Shown: positions 39,056 through 51,720, counted from the first letter of the stretch. The stretch is DNA of 64,000 nucleotides from Vicugna vicugna (GCA_013265495.1 MU058337.1:374001-438000); one strand, 5' to 3'. Numbers and translations are program-made. The notes: generated by a model not told the origin, from the letters alone.

Positions 39056-39589
39056 GTTTACCTTCTCAACTTTGGATCTCCCCCGGGACCCATCAACTTA
39101 CCTTCTCATACTTGTCATACAGTAATTTTTTATTGATTGGTTCTCCTGCAGGTCAATAGAAAATGTGTAGGAAGCAGCAAAGGCAAGAATCAGTCATTTT
39201 TGTGTTAGTTGCTATAGCACTGTGTCAGCTGGAGAGCAGCCTCTTCACCTCATATAAAAGGTGGAAGCCGTCTCATGCCTCTCAGAGCCCGGGAATGCAG
39301 ACAGAAGTACATAATGATGTAACTTTACCTCTAGAAAGGCACTTAAAGGATAGGCAGGCTTACCCTATGTGGTCATTATGAGAAACAAAGATTTAGCGAA
39401 GTTACAGTTCGTGTCCCAAATCACCCATCAAGCTGATATCAGTCAAGACAAGAACACTGGCATCTTGTTAACCAGTGTTCCTTCCACAGCAGTTTGTGAT
39501 GGTCAGTGTTACACGCGGGCAGTAACCTCGAGAACGTGTTTTCTTTGGCATATACCATCAGAGTGTAGTGAGTAATCACGTGAATTCAC

Positions 39590-39835
39590 GCATTAATAAT
39601 CAAGCTGCCATTTATTAGGGACTTCTCTCACGAAGAGAACTTTGTGCTCATATCTGGCCTAGGATCTTCACGGCAACCTCGTATGATAGATACTACCGTT
39701 TATATTTTATGAACAGGAATGCTGACGCTTAGGAAAGATGACACCTTCACCCATGGCGATGCTACAGTTAGTCATGGAACTAGCACCTTAACCTGAATTT
39801 CAGCTAACAGGAATCCCCATGTCCCTAACATCCGA
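39590..39835 (-). mobile_element. MIR SINE
   Basis: aataatcaagctgccatttattaggg...atcttcacggcaacctcgtatgatagatactac...ttttatgaacaggaatgctgacgcttagg. Confidence 0.65.
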
Positions 39836-41652
39836 GCTGCAGTCCAGGAGTCGGGCTTAGCTCTGAAAGAAAGAGATGGGATTAGCACCTGCCCAGGGCT
39901 CCATCCTACCTCCACAACCAACGATTTGATTCCAGGTACAGTTATGGAAGTTTGTGTCTTAGAAAACAATCCTTAAGTAACTTGAAGTGAAAAATACCAG
40001 GAACTCAGTGTTCTTAAAAGCTTACTTACTTTTTTCCCCCACAAATTACAGTGAACTGATCTCAAAGCTCCCAGGTATCAAACAGATCTTTTTAGTTGTC
40101 ACATAGAGAACAGAGAGCTGCTCTAATGGGAATGGCCTGCAAGTTGAAACCCGATCATTTGTCCATTATCATTTCTATTTGTTTTTAATTGAAAGGATGG
40201 TACATCTACAATTTTCGTTTTAAATCATACAAGTCTCACACTGATAAGCACTGATCTTTCCCAAAACACTAGAAATATATAACTGGAAAAAAAAATTCTG
40301 TCTTCTTATTACTTTGGAGGGACCGCCAGAGCTCTTGGCAGGGGAACAGCTTATCCAGTTAGCTCATTTTCCCTGCCCCAGGGCTTCTCTCCCCTCCTGG
40401 TCCCATTCTCTTTGAAAACACTGTTCTCATTAGCATCACCACAGCACGCTGAGGAAAGGCAGGCTTAAGAGAGGTTATTTTCTCTCTTCCCTGCTTCAAA
40501 GTGGCTGAGTAGATAAATAAGACAAGTAAAACAAGGATCTGACAGAGTATCTGATGTTTCTACATATTTATACTATTTTTTCATCTACATCAATTTTGGA
40601 AATCACTAGTTGAAAATTTAGCTTTTTCTTCTGCAGGCTCTTTGTTCTGTAAGAAAACCAGAGTGTGGCAATAGACAGAACAGGATCATCTAGAACCTTG
40701 ATGAAGTAGAAAGCTTCTTCCACTAGTTTCTGATTTTAAATTTCTCATTAAAAAAAATGCATTCCGAGTAATTATTTATAAAAGAATCTTAAAATTGTAA
40801 TAGCTATAATGCTTAGAATCTTGTTTTTCAAACTGCAATCCCCACTAGCCCAGGAAAAATCCCACATGAGCCCAGAAGACATTCTTAGAGGCCTCGAGGT
40901 TTTCCATATTTTCCCATTAGGTGTTTTGACTGCATCTTTAATTAAGCATCCAGTGTAAGTATCTTCTAGATCATCTGCACTACTGCCTGAACGTGAGTCC
41001 CAGCTCCGTATTTCCACTATAATAACTACTTCCGTGTTTAACTGCACTCCAGGTAAAGGCCACCAGTAAACGTTCGCAGCACACTGTAGGAAGGAGGGCT
41101 TTGCAATAACTGAGAAAAGGAGCAGAGGAATTGAGCTGCAGCACATCTCTCCCTGGCAGAGGCTGGCCAAGGTCAGAACAGCCTCTGCCATCACACACTG
41201 CCACCTCCATGTTGCGAGCAGGCTTATTTGTCAATGTGCGACAGTCCATCGTCAATGAAGACTTCTCCTGATCCTGGCTGTGGCAGTGATTACAATACAT
41301 ACTCATGCATGACAGAATTCAGTAATGCAGCTGGGCAAACTTTATCTTCAAGCAGACAACAGCACAGAATTAACAGGTCAACCCTCATTAAAATCAGCAT
41401 TAGAGAACTTCTCATGGCAGCATTTCATTAAAGTGAGAAGCCTTATTAGCTCAAGCAGTCAAGTCTTAACTTATTAATATTTTATAAAACATATCAATGC
41501 AAATATGCACGTTTACATTAATATATTGAAGTCAGCATGGGAGAAAATGTTAAAACGGAAATAAACTCATGGCAAAATCTTCCTTATTACTAAATACAAA
41601 TTCTTATTGAAGCCATCACTTGTAAATTAATTTCAAAAAATAATCTAGTTGA

Positions 41653-41807
41653 CATAGCACAGGGAAATACATACAAGATCTTGCAGTAGCTCATAGAGAA
41701 AAGCAATGTGACAATGAATATATGTATGTTCATGTATAACTGAAAAAGTGTGCTCTACACTGGAAATTGACCCAACATTGTAAACTGACTATAACTCAAT
41801 AAAAAAA
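41653..41807 (+). mobile_element. Young, heavily 5'-truncated L1 3' end (camelid/artiodactyl type) with TSD
   Basis: catagcacagggaaatacatacaagatcttg...gaatatatgtatgttcatgtataactgaaaa...aacattgtaaactgactataactcaataaaaaaa, flanked by AAAAAAT(A)ATCTAGTTGA ending at 41652 and 41818. Confidence 0.88.
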
Positions 41808-43569
41808 TATCTAGTTGAGTAAATATCATTGATTTGAAATAAATTTACTTTTTTAGTTTTTTTTAATTTATTTTATAATTTTTTTGGTTCTATAGATGCA
41901 TAGGACTATTAAGAATAAGGAATTTATACCAGGTTGTACAGATTAAAATCACTATATAATTAAAACACCAGGAAATTTTTATTTCCTGTAAAAGAAGATA
42001 CAGATTATAAAAGTCTGAAAATATACTGTGATATGCTTTATAAATGGTAAATACTTGGTAGAAACTTTTCAATATATTGGAGTCACAGACGTGGAAGAGA
42101 GCTTAGATATCATTTATTCTAATCCCCTTGTTCAGGCAAAACATGGGTTCAGGTAGTTAGAACCCTCCTTCAAGATCACATAGAAAGTTAAGTCATTCCA
42201 TCAAGACATATTTCTGACCACTTACTCCTAGATGCAAAAATATAATGTACAAACATGGTCAATGGCAGAGCACCACTTAGAACCTACACCTTTTATGGCC
42301 AAGTCCAGTCTGTTTTTATTTCTCCATGGGGGTCTTTCTAAGCCTACACACCAGCCAAGATGGAGGCTGATGTTTTAAACAGGAATCAAAGAAATCACAG
42401 TGGCCTCTTCTAGTCTGGGTTCTGGTTCCATAAATGTTATGATTCATTTTTAATTTAGTTGGAAAGGCTGAGATTTTAGTATCAGCTATAGAGAAGGAGA
42501 AGCAAGGGGAGTAAGTTAAAAAACACGTATGTGACCTCAGGCTAGCCATTCAAAGTGAACTGTGGCTTTCTCTAAATCAAAGACATGCTTTATTATTTTG
42601 ATAAGGAAAGCAAAGCTTCATTATCTTTCATTGGTCTTTCCAACAATGATGACAAATGATCAGTTAGTGTGGAAATTTTGCAAATTATTGACCATATTTG
42701 TTATCTATATGCTCAGTCATTGGGAAAACAATTACCAGGTGAACTTGTTCTGTCATTGGGCGTTTGGTATGAATTCCAAGCTGCATTGACCATCAGTTCT
42801 CTCTAAGCCTCATTCTCATTCATGTGGTACCAGTATAATCCTAGGTCCCTCGGATTTGAGTCCAAGAGGCCTTGAAAATGTTGGGTATTTCTTTTTCCCC
42901 ATTTCACAGTTAACTCAATAAATGGAAAGTTCAAAGTCCATGTGTGTAATACTGGCATGGGTTCTCCAAAGACTATGCAGCCTCGCTTTTGTTCAAAGGG
43001 CTCTGAGTCACTGTGAGAATCCAGGGAGGAGTTGTAATTGCTAGCGGGGTACACTGAGGAAGGTCTTTTATAGTTGCCATTCATACTGCTCACCCAGTAT
43101 TTCCAATTCGCCTTTCTCCAAGGTTAGGGTAGGGATGGCTCTTTGTGATCCCTTGAGGGTTGGAACCTGCAGTCCACTCTCTCATACAAAATTCCATAGT
43201 CGTTTCTTTGATTGAAATCTAGAGGAACAACTCTAATTAACCCAAGGGAGAAAAGACATGGCACCTTTTCTTACTGGAAGGAAGATGAGTACCTTGAAGA
43301 GTTGGACAATGAGGGAGCTTGGGGAGGACAAGGACGAGAACAAAAACAGCTCAGGGAGGAGCAGCCGAGTGCCTGACCACCTCGCTAGTTCACTGGTTTG
43401 CAATCATGAATGAACCCTGCCTACACAGTAGGCTCACCTGTAGAACTTTTAAAAAGGACTCATCCCAAAAATAAGGTAAAAACTGGGGTGTCAAATTAAG
43501 GACTCCCTGGATGAATTTAGTTGGCAGGTAGCAATACAAAGAAAATATGTTCAAGTCTAAATCTGGAAA

Positions 43570-44370
43570 CTACTACTTAAATATGCAAAGAATGTTTGAA
43601 AATTAACAACAAATCAAAAGCAACCCTGATGTAAAAATGAGTAAAGGATATGAAAGGGCCATCTCTATAAGAAAACCTGCCCCCCCACCCAAAAAAACCC
43701 GAAAGCTAACAAACTCACACAGAGATACTCAGAATCACTGACAAATATAGAAATGAAAAATAAAACAAAAATATCCCCTTTGAAGTTCTGGAATGAAAAA
43801 ATTAACAAACTGGATGTTGCCAAGGATTAGTGAGGATCTGAGCATATATAAAACTCATGTCTTGCTTTGGGAGTGAGTACAGCCATTCGTAAGAGCAATC
43901 TGTCATTTAGCCAAATTACGCACATAGCACACTGATTCCATTCTTAGCTATGTACCCCAAAGAAATTCTCACATAGGTCCCTACAGGAACACGTTCAAAA
44001 ATATTCATTGCAGCATTATTTGTGTTACAGAGAGTTGGTTTCAAGTTGGCTGTCCATCCCTGGGAGAAAGGAAAGTTAAAGTTGATAGATATACACCAAG
44101 GAGTATTATGCAGCAGTTAAAAGAGGCAGTGAGGGGCTATGAATTAAATATACACATGGTGACATGGATGGATCTTAAAGGCATTTGCTTAGTGAGGAAA
44201 AAAATAATACAACATATTTAGCAAAGTACCACTAAGAAACTTTAAACTGCATGCACATCAAATAAAAAAATATATTTTTCAAGAATACATTAAACATCTA
44301 TCCATCTACTACAAGGTACAGTAAGATAATTGGAATATAATATAAAAAGAAAAATATATAAAATAAAAAC
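43570..44370 (+). mobile_element. Old L1 (L1ME-type) ORF2 end and 3' UTR
   Basis: aaaaatgagtaaaggatatgaa...gaaatgaaaaataaaaca...gtacagccattc...attccattcttagctatgtaccccaaagaaattctc...atattcattgcagcattatttg...gagtattatgcagcagttaaaa...catggatggatctta. Confidence 0.85.
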
Positions 44371-44509
44371 TAATGGCTGTGCCCCACCCCAGAACAATTT
44401 CTCTCTCTAGCTCTCTCTTTCTACTTACTTTTGGAGAGTTCCCAGTTGATTACAAAGCACAGTAAGAACAACTATTGAACGGAATATAAAATCTAAAAAA
44501 AGAGTAACA

Positions 44510-44725
44510 CATCTCCAATGGCCTTTTCCCCTCACGGATGTCTTCACATAAGATTCCAAGTCCAGGTGAGAGAATCTGAGTACCTTAGTGTAAGTGATGT
44601 TTGTGCCCCTGGGCTCCTGAGATCAGACCTCCACCCGACTATGTGTAGAGCCAGAGGAGCTGTTTCCCTAAAAAGGGGATGTCAGGCAGTCCAAAATAAT
44701 AGGCCCAGGTGGGCCTAACTATGCC
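44510..44725 (-). mobile_element. Old MaLR LTR fragment (MLT1J/L-like)
   Basis: agattccaagtccaggtgagagaatctgagtaccttag...tgtttgtgcccctgg. Confidence 0.45.
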
Positions 44726-45660
44726 CAGTAATAACCAGAGTAGATGTTTGGAAGTTTCTGATTCTCAAAATGTATTTAAGACAAGATGTTTGATTCCAGG
44801 ATGAGAAAGATTAATTAGTGTATTGACAATTAATCCCTATAAATTCAGGATTCAACTTACTGCACTTAAATAATTCAGTATTCTTGAGTGCTTTGCTTTT
44901 ACTACACTAAGTGCAGAGAATTAAAAAAAAATATATATATATATATATTTTGGATCTTGCCAACAGGAATTCCAGGTTAGATGGATTTCTGTGTGTCATT
45001 AGTGCTACGTGGTGTCTTAGGATGAGATATCTGTCAGGTCTTTGTAAATGATTAGAAAAAACTCGATTTGTGTGGGAATTTTAGCCAAAACCTGCATATG
45101 CTCTAAAATTTGCTGATGATTATCTTGAAAGTCCAACCCTGGATGGGACTCAGTTCCCTGAGTCCTCCTCTGGCACCCATTCAGACAACAGGCTGCTGCT
45201 GATGACTTTGGGCAAAGCTCCATTTGAATAACTGCTTGTGTTCTAGCAACAGAAACATCTTTACATCTAGAAGGGATCTTTGGGTTCTTATTATCCCCAT
45301 TTTTAGTTGTGTTTTTTTTTTTTTTAAAGAGACTAAAGTCCAGAGAAATGAAGTCCCTGTCCCTAGAAGGCAGGAGAGTCCAGGTCTCATTCCAAGCTCT
45401 CGCTCTGATGTCAGGACAATTTTATGGTTCTTCCCAGAACTGTCTTCCCCAGTGAATGATGTCCTTTTGGGGCAGTCAAAGTAGATGATACCTAGTGGTC
45501 CAGAACCCTGATGTCAGCATGACTGATACTAAAATGCCCGCCACTCTATTTTTTACAGCTTATTTGTTTAAAATTTAATGTATTTGTAATTTACATTAAG
45601 TTTTAAATCACAACTAAAATAGTATTTTGAGCCATTAAATTCATTTGTTCCCAAGTTGTT

Positions 45661-45760
45661 ACACACACACACACACACATACACACACACATATATCCCT
45701 GCCTGCAAAATTGCCACCCTGTCTCCTGTTGGTTTGCAATAAATTTGTACTTAAGCTCTT

Positions 45761-45801
<41 letters not shown>

Positions 45802-45900
45802 ATATACATGTATGTGTGTAATAAGTATATGCATATGTGCTATATACATGTATCTATGTTTTATATGCATGCATGTTTGTATATAAATATGCATATATAA
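45661..45900. repeat. Two (AC)n microsatellites (45661-45690, 45764-45798) and an adjacent TA/TG-rich low-complexity tract
   Basis: Direct reading of the acacac arrays. Confidence 0.92.
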
Positions 45901-47244
45901 CCTTCGATGTCCAAGACACTACCCTAGACTTAGGGCATACAATGATGAAAGAAACAGTTATAATTCATGCTGTCAAGGAATTACAGTTTAAGAGAGGTAA
46001 TTTCTATCAATACAAGTAAACAAAGCAGACACGGGTTCGGAAGTGGCTGTGACTTAGATGTTGACGAGTTCTATGCTCACATCTGTGTGTGTCATTGAAG
46101 GCGGAATGTGAAAGTGGGAAACGGGATAAAAGAAATTGCATATTTCTTTTATAAAGGTCTTAGAAATCTGAAGAAAATTGTATTTGTCTGGGTGGCTTTA
46201 CATGAATATTTTCATATGAATACTTTCCACCTACCGAAAATTATTGTGGGGCTGCTTGTGTTGACTGTGTGGGGGGCTGCCTTCTTCTTCTCCTTCCCAA
46301 CGTTTTCCACTTTAATCTAAAGCATGATTTATCAACTGATTCTATTTACTTTGTATTTTGTGGAATCTTACCCTTTCAAATTTTCATACGAAAATACTTC
46401 CTCATTTTTCTTTCTTTTGTAAGTGTGTGGGTGTTTCATGTTTAAGCACAGGGACTTTTGGTAAAATGCAGCTTTCTGATTATAATATATTTTTTAGTGC
46501 ACATTAAAGTACTCTACACATAGAAACCTGATTGCTTGGTTGTTTTCATCTCTTGACTGTGCCCCAAACTGTCCTCAAATCTGTGCTTCATTCTTCCTTA
46601 AAATGACACATCCCCATGACTCCACCAAGCCCTTTTTGCAAATAATTCCCACTTCCAGATCCTAGCCCTTGGGCCATTTTCTAAGCATGAGTGTCATTTG
46701 TCCAGAGGCCAATGAACATCTCCAGCAGGCTACTGAGGCGCAAGGTATTAACTTCCCTGAAACACAAATTGCCCTGGCTTCTTCCTTTCTACTGGTGCCA
46801 GAGCATCCTTTTAGACATTCAGGTTTAAGAACTGTAAAAATCATTTTAACACATCTTGGACTTTCACTTCTTATACCCACTCAGTCATCAAGTACTTCTG
46901 TGATTTTTTTTGCCATCTTTCACCCCGATAGGGAAAATGAATCAGGAGGTAAATGTACAGTATTATGCTAAGAAGGGACCAGTAGGTTGAGCGACATACC
47001 TGGGAACTACCCCTGGGGAAGACCTGGGTGGGGATCCCTGGTACATGAGAATATTTTGCTTGGTTTCTTTGGTTATGATTATAGGGCCTCGGCTGGAAAC
47101 TTAACTAGCCTTTATTCAGTCTTCTGGAAAATATTTTTGAAGTTCCAAATATATAAATGCATTTTGGGGATACTTTGCTATGAATTATTGGTAACAAATC
47201 TCTAGAAGCCTTTTGAACGTCCTCTTAGAGGTAGAGGTCAGATT

Positions 47245-48563
47245 TCTCTCTTTTTTGCAGAAAATGAGTGTGTCAAATTTAATAACAAAAGGGTCACCAG
47301 GGGGCCACACCCTCCCCATGTCATTCATACCCTCAACTCAAATCCATTCTACCCACATAAATTTAAGTACAAGCAAGGCTGGTTGTACAAAAAGATCAAA
47401 AGCAGCCCTTGGGAAGCATCATGCCTCAAACGTGGGTTACAATTCAAAAAGAGACACAAAACTCAGCACCTCTTCTCATTTAAAAGAAAAAAAGTGAACA
47501 AACTTGGTGGAAAAAAAATCTAAAATATTCTCATAGCTGCCTGGGGAGTAGGTCTTCATTCTTCCACATAGACAAGTGCCTTCATCTCCACAGAAGGCCA
47601 TCGGGACCAAACAGAGTCCGTTACTCATTCCCTCTCCGGCTCTTCTTGTGGCTTTTCTTAGATCCTTCAGAACACTTAGAGTGGTTCCTATGTCTGTGAC
47701 TATGGTGACGGCCTGGAGACTTGGAGCGAGATCTGTGCCATCTATCTCGGGACCTGCTGCGATGACGCCTTGGACTCTTGCTCTGATGCCTGTCTCGGAG
47801 AGGAGAGGGGCTTCTCCGTTTGGGAGACCGACTCCTACCCCTCCGGTAGCGCAGTGTGGGAGAACGACGTGGCTTGTCCAAGCCTCGGTAGCTTCTCCGG
47901 CGATGATCAGGTGACAGCACTCTCTCCAACTTCTCATTCTCTTCCTCCTCCTCTTCACTGGATTCCAAATCATCTATGTCCTCTTCTAGAGCACTGACCC
48001 GAGGCCCCAGTTGCTCAGCTTCCTCCAGCACATAGCATTTCTGTAGCTGGGGCAGAATGATATCACAGACTCTCTCACTATGCAGTAGTTCATCAATAAA
48101 TTCATCTACATGCATCAGTTCAAACTCCTCATTTCGGTTCTGGCTCTTGATTTTTTGATAGTTGTTGTACAGAGGCTCCAGGTACCTGTAGCAATCAATT
48201 GCAGTGACTGTCAACCTCATGTAAAGCACTCCCAACATGCGGACATACTTGAAATCTTCATTTTTGATACACTCTACAATGATATCCTTCTCAGGCTGAA
48301 TCTGAAGCATCTTCAAGGTCAAACACAGAAAGGGAGCTGGCTTTATGTTGCCACCATAGACACCACCCACGAAACTTAACTCCATGGCTTCATCGACAAC
48401 AAGTTCAGCCGTAAGGCCAAAGCTCTCCTCTTTCCAATATTTGGGCTCGTACATTTGAGTCGAATGACCTTCTCCACCAGATAGTGAGGGTTGGTGCCGT
48501 GGGTGCTACGCTCATTCTTTACCTTACGGTTCTCCATTTTAGAACGCCTCCAGCTCTCTCTTT
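47245..48563 (-). other. Full extent of the L1-mediated PRPF38A retro-insertion (short 5' UTR, CDS, ~370 nt 3' UTR, poly(A) remnant, TSDs)
   Basis: Minus-strand ATTAAA at 47283-47278, an A6 remnant at 47256-47251, and the direct repeat TCTCTCTTT at 47245-47253 and 48555-48563. The right copy is followed by AT (CTTT/AT, resembling an L1 endonuclease site). Confidence 0.85.
47621..48537 (-). pseudogene. PRPF38A: Processed pseudogene (retrocopy) of pre-mRNA processing factor 38A, CDS-homologous region
   Basis: The minus strand reads MENRKVKNERSTHGTNPHYLVEKVIR from the ATG at 48537 (parent: MANRTVKDAHSIHGTNPQYLVEKIIR). After a 1-bp deletion it continues as the 277-aa ORF 48454..47621 (YEPKYWKEESFGLTAELVVD...GGVYGGNIKP...acidic stretch...RS domain...KKSHKKSRRGNE), collinear with PRPF38A and without introns. 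Relative to the mammalian protein as I recall it, there are about 30 substitutions and a 7-aa in-frame loss in the RS region. Confidence 0.95.
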
Positions 48564-49734
48564 ATACTGGTGCTAAGACCACCATTGCAGGCACACATGC
48601 CCACCTTGAGGATGTGCTCCCAGATGTAAGCATGGGCACATTGCTTTTACCCGTGTCCAGGCAGTGGCTCCCAGGTGCCTGGTAATGCAGGTGCAAATTT
48701 GCTGTTCACTTAGTAAGTCTGCGGAGAAAGATGGAGAGAAATCTGCTTCATTACTCTCATCCCTCAGCTCAGAAAGCCATCTCCTTAATTAGCACAGCTG
48801 CTGCCTGATTCTTCGAGCTTGAAGATGTCATTCTGTCTCCTCCAACAGTACTTGGCAAAGTGAGGCTTGCCCCCAGAATATTATAAAATCTCTGCTTTAC
48901 GGTCTCCTCTTCGTGTGCATGAAGGTTTATTCTTTGAAGACTCAAACATTTTAAAATCAGTACCATCTCTCTTTGCCCTACTGAATGCTTTCAGCCTTTA
49001 GCTCTGTATTATTTGACGAGAGCATGACATCCGGGCTTTCTTTTCCTTTCCCTTTCTTGGTGTTCCCTTGCCATCCACTCACTTTAAACCTTTTCCGACA
49101 CCTTGTTTTGTGGTGATTTTATAAATGATAGAGTTATTTTTCAATTTCTAATGGAATCTGACACTCGTATGTGATACATTTTAACCCACTGACATTTTGA
49201 TAAACATACTCTAAATCTTTAAGTTGTACTTATACTTAATTGTTTTGTGCTATTTTCTCTTCTTTTGGCACATATTTTCATGGATCATTTTTTCATGTGG
49301 AACTGGAGGTTCCCCTATGCCTTCCTAACCTCCCTCCTATTTTACAGGAATCCTGTTTTTCTCATTTCATACCCGTGCTAAATAATTTTTGCAGCTGCCA
49401 CCTCAGACATTTGCTTGCCATTGCCTCTCTGTTCCAGGATGAAGTCTTAAGAATACTCTGAACTTCCCCATCTCCTCTTTTCCCTAAGAGAACCTAAAAT
49501 TATTTATTTCCAAAATGTTATTAAGTTCACCCTTATTGTTGATCTCTTTTATGTTAAGAAGCTTTACATAACAATATTTTTTAAATTTCCGTTTTCATCA
49601 TCATCCATTAGGGCTTAACGACGTATTGCAAGATCCCTTGTTTCCCACTCTTTCTCCCTCAGTGTTCCCTGAGATATCTGCTCTGATTCCATCCTCATTT
49701 CTCAGAATGCTTACGGTAGTGACAGCCGATGTAC

Positions 49735-50175
49735 GTGAACGTCAGGGTCTCGTCAGTGAAACAGGGTCCACGTGAGACAGTTCAGTGGGTGAGAGACCAG
49801 TGACAGGATCTAGTGACAGCAGTGTGGGGAGAGATGAGGCAGCCCACTGATCAGCAATAGCAAAAAGCAGCTATTTCTGTCAGGGCTGGAGTAATTATGG
49901 GGCCAGGTGGTTCTTCCAGAACTGTGGTGGGAGCTGGAACCATAGTAGACAGAGTCAGTGCCAGCCATGGATGCCACCTGACACAGAGAGGAGGGAGGAA
50001 AGACCCCGGTTTCTCTCTTCCTCCTACTTGCCAGTCTCCTATCAGGGCCTCCTGTTGTGGGCAGCTATTGAGAAGCTAGCTGGCGATGGGGTCTGGGACC
50101 CTTGGCTTGAGGACACAGGCCCTGGGGAAGGGCAGGGCATGGGCTTAGAGCAACAAGCCAAGGCAGCCCAGGCAG
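49735..50175 (-). mobile_element. Old MaLR (MLT1-family) LTR
   Basis: gtcagggtctcgtcagtgaaacag...cactgatcagcaatagc...ccggtttctctcttcctcctacttgccagtctcctatcagggcctcc...agaagctagctggc. Confidence 0.55.
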
Positions 50176-51574
50176 AGTACTTCCTGAACTTCGCAATTCC
50201 AAGACTATCTTTATTTTGCGCTAGCAGATGGATGCTATCTTGGCTTGCCACGTTACTCTTCGTCTCAGTCCTGGCTTCTCTGAAGTTTATAATGTTGCTC
50301 CACTGCCATCTTTCTACCAGCTTTTTCCATAAAAAGATGAACTTCGTTTTTATTCTTTCATTTTATTTTCCCCATCACAAAATGGGCACTATAGTTTCTT
50401 CATTCTTCGAATTCAGGAACTACAACCAAGTCCCAAAATTATCTTGGGATTTGGGGATGCCTTTCAAATCGCAGATTCAAGGTGTTTTATCACCTTTGGG
50501 TAAATATTTGTATATGTGTATACATATAAAATTGTTCTCTGTCCTTCTGGATTCTTATTACTCATGAGCTCTCTCTCCAGCATCTTTCCTCAAATCTCTT
50601 TCATTATTTCCCTCACAATTTTCATTGCTACAATCTTCCCTTACATTCTGTTTTTCCATCTGTTTCTCGAAACAAGTAATAAACTTTCTAGACCAGGATT
50701 TCTGTGAGGTTACGGTTTCTTTATTCAAACACAGTGCTTGGCTCACAGCAGGTTCTTAGTAAATATTTGTGGATAAAAGAGTATATGAATTAGTCAATCA
50801 TATAATTATTTTCTTTATAAAATATATGGACACAGATACAGATATACAGAGATGTGACTATATATGTGGATGACTGTTCAAATATAAAAATGACGCTGCA
50901 CACATAAACATTTGGATTTCTAAGAGTTGCCACAGGATACACAAACAAAATAGGGCTCTTGCATAGAGGAAATGAAGGAACAGTGTACAAGAAAATACAG
51001 TCTTTTCAAGTCACTTTACCTCTGATTTCTTTTTTTCAAAATAGGAAGCAATGGTATCCATACATTTTCTTAAACACTGTACTTACAGAAATATATGCGG
51101 CTCACATCTCAAGCAATAGCAGAACAAAGCCTTTTGAGTTCTGTTTTTTATTAAACCACTTAAAAATGTTACTCATTTTGTTTTTTTGACCGGGAGTAAG
51201 TCAGTAATGCTATTCTAAGGAATAATATTTTTAATGTATGTGAGACTAGAATTTAAAGAGGCAACAGTTTACGCACTTGCAATGAATTTAAAAAAAGAAA
51301 GTGACTACTTAAATATTGCTGACACATGTTAGTTTATAAAACGCATGTGTGCATAAGATTCTTAACCTTTTATCTATTAACATGAATTTAGAAGTAAAAA
51401 AAGTCAAAAGAAGCCACTGCGTGTGCCTCTCCCATCTGAATTTCCTCTTTCATTTTACTGAGCGGCAGACGGTGATATAGAAACTACTGACAGACTGATT
51501 ATAAGTCGCATCTTACTGTTGCAAATGGTTTGAGTTACTGAGGTATTTCCAGAAAGTGGTTTGCTTATTAACAT

Positions 51575-51720
51575 CTTTATTCGGGATTCATATGTAATAA
51601 AATGCACAGACCTCAAGCATTCAGACTGGTGAATTCTGACTGAGCAACGCTCACCCAAAACAAGATGGAGAGCATTTCCATCACCCTATGAAGTCGCCTA
51701 GGGAGTCCCCCATGCTGTAC
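51575..51720 (-). mobile_element. L1MC/MB-type 3' end fragment
   Basis: ttcatatgtaataaaatgcacagacctcaag...gaattctgac...cacccaaaacaagatggagagcatttccatcaccc. Confidence 0.7.

Noticed and set aside
47476..48379. ORFs 47476..47973 (-), 47576..47914 (+), 47770..47997 (+) and 48110..48379 (+)
   Set aside because: Alternative-frame or antisense shadows of the PRPF38A retrocopy, with no independent homology recognised.
49971..50567. 198-aa ORF with a hydrophobic C-terminal half
   Set aside because: It starts inside an old LTR and runs into T-rich DNA, so the hydrophobicity is compositional.
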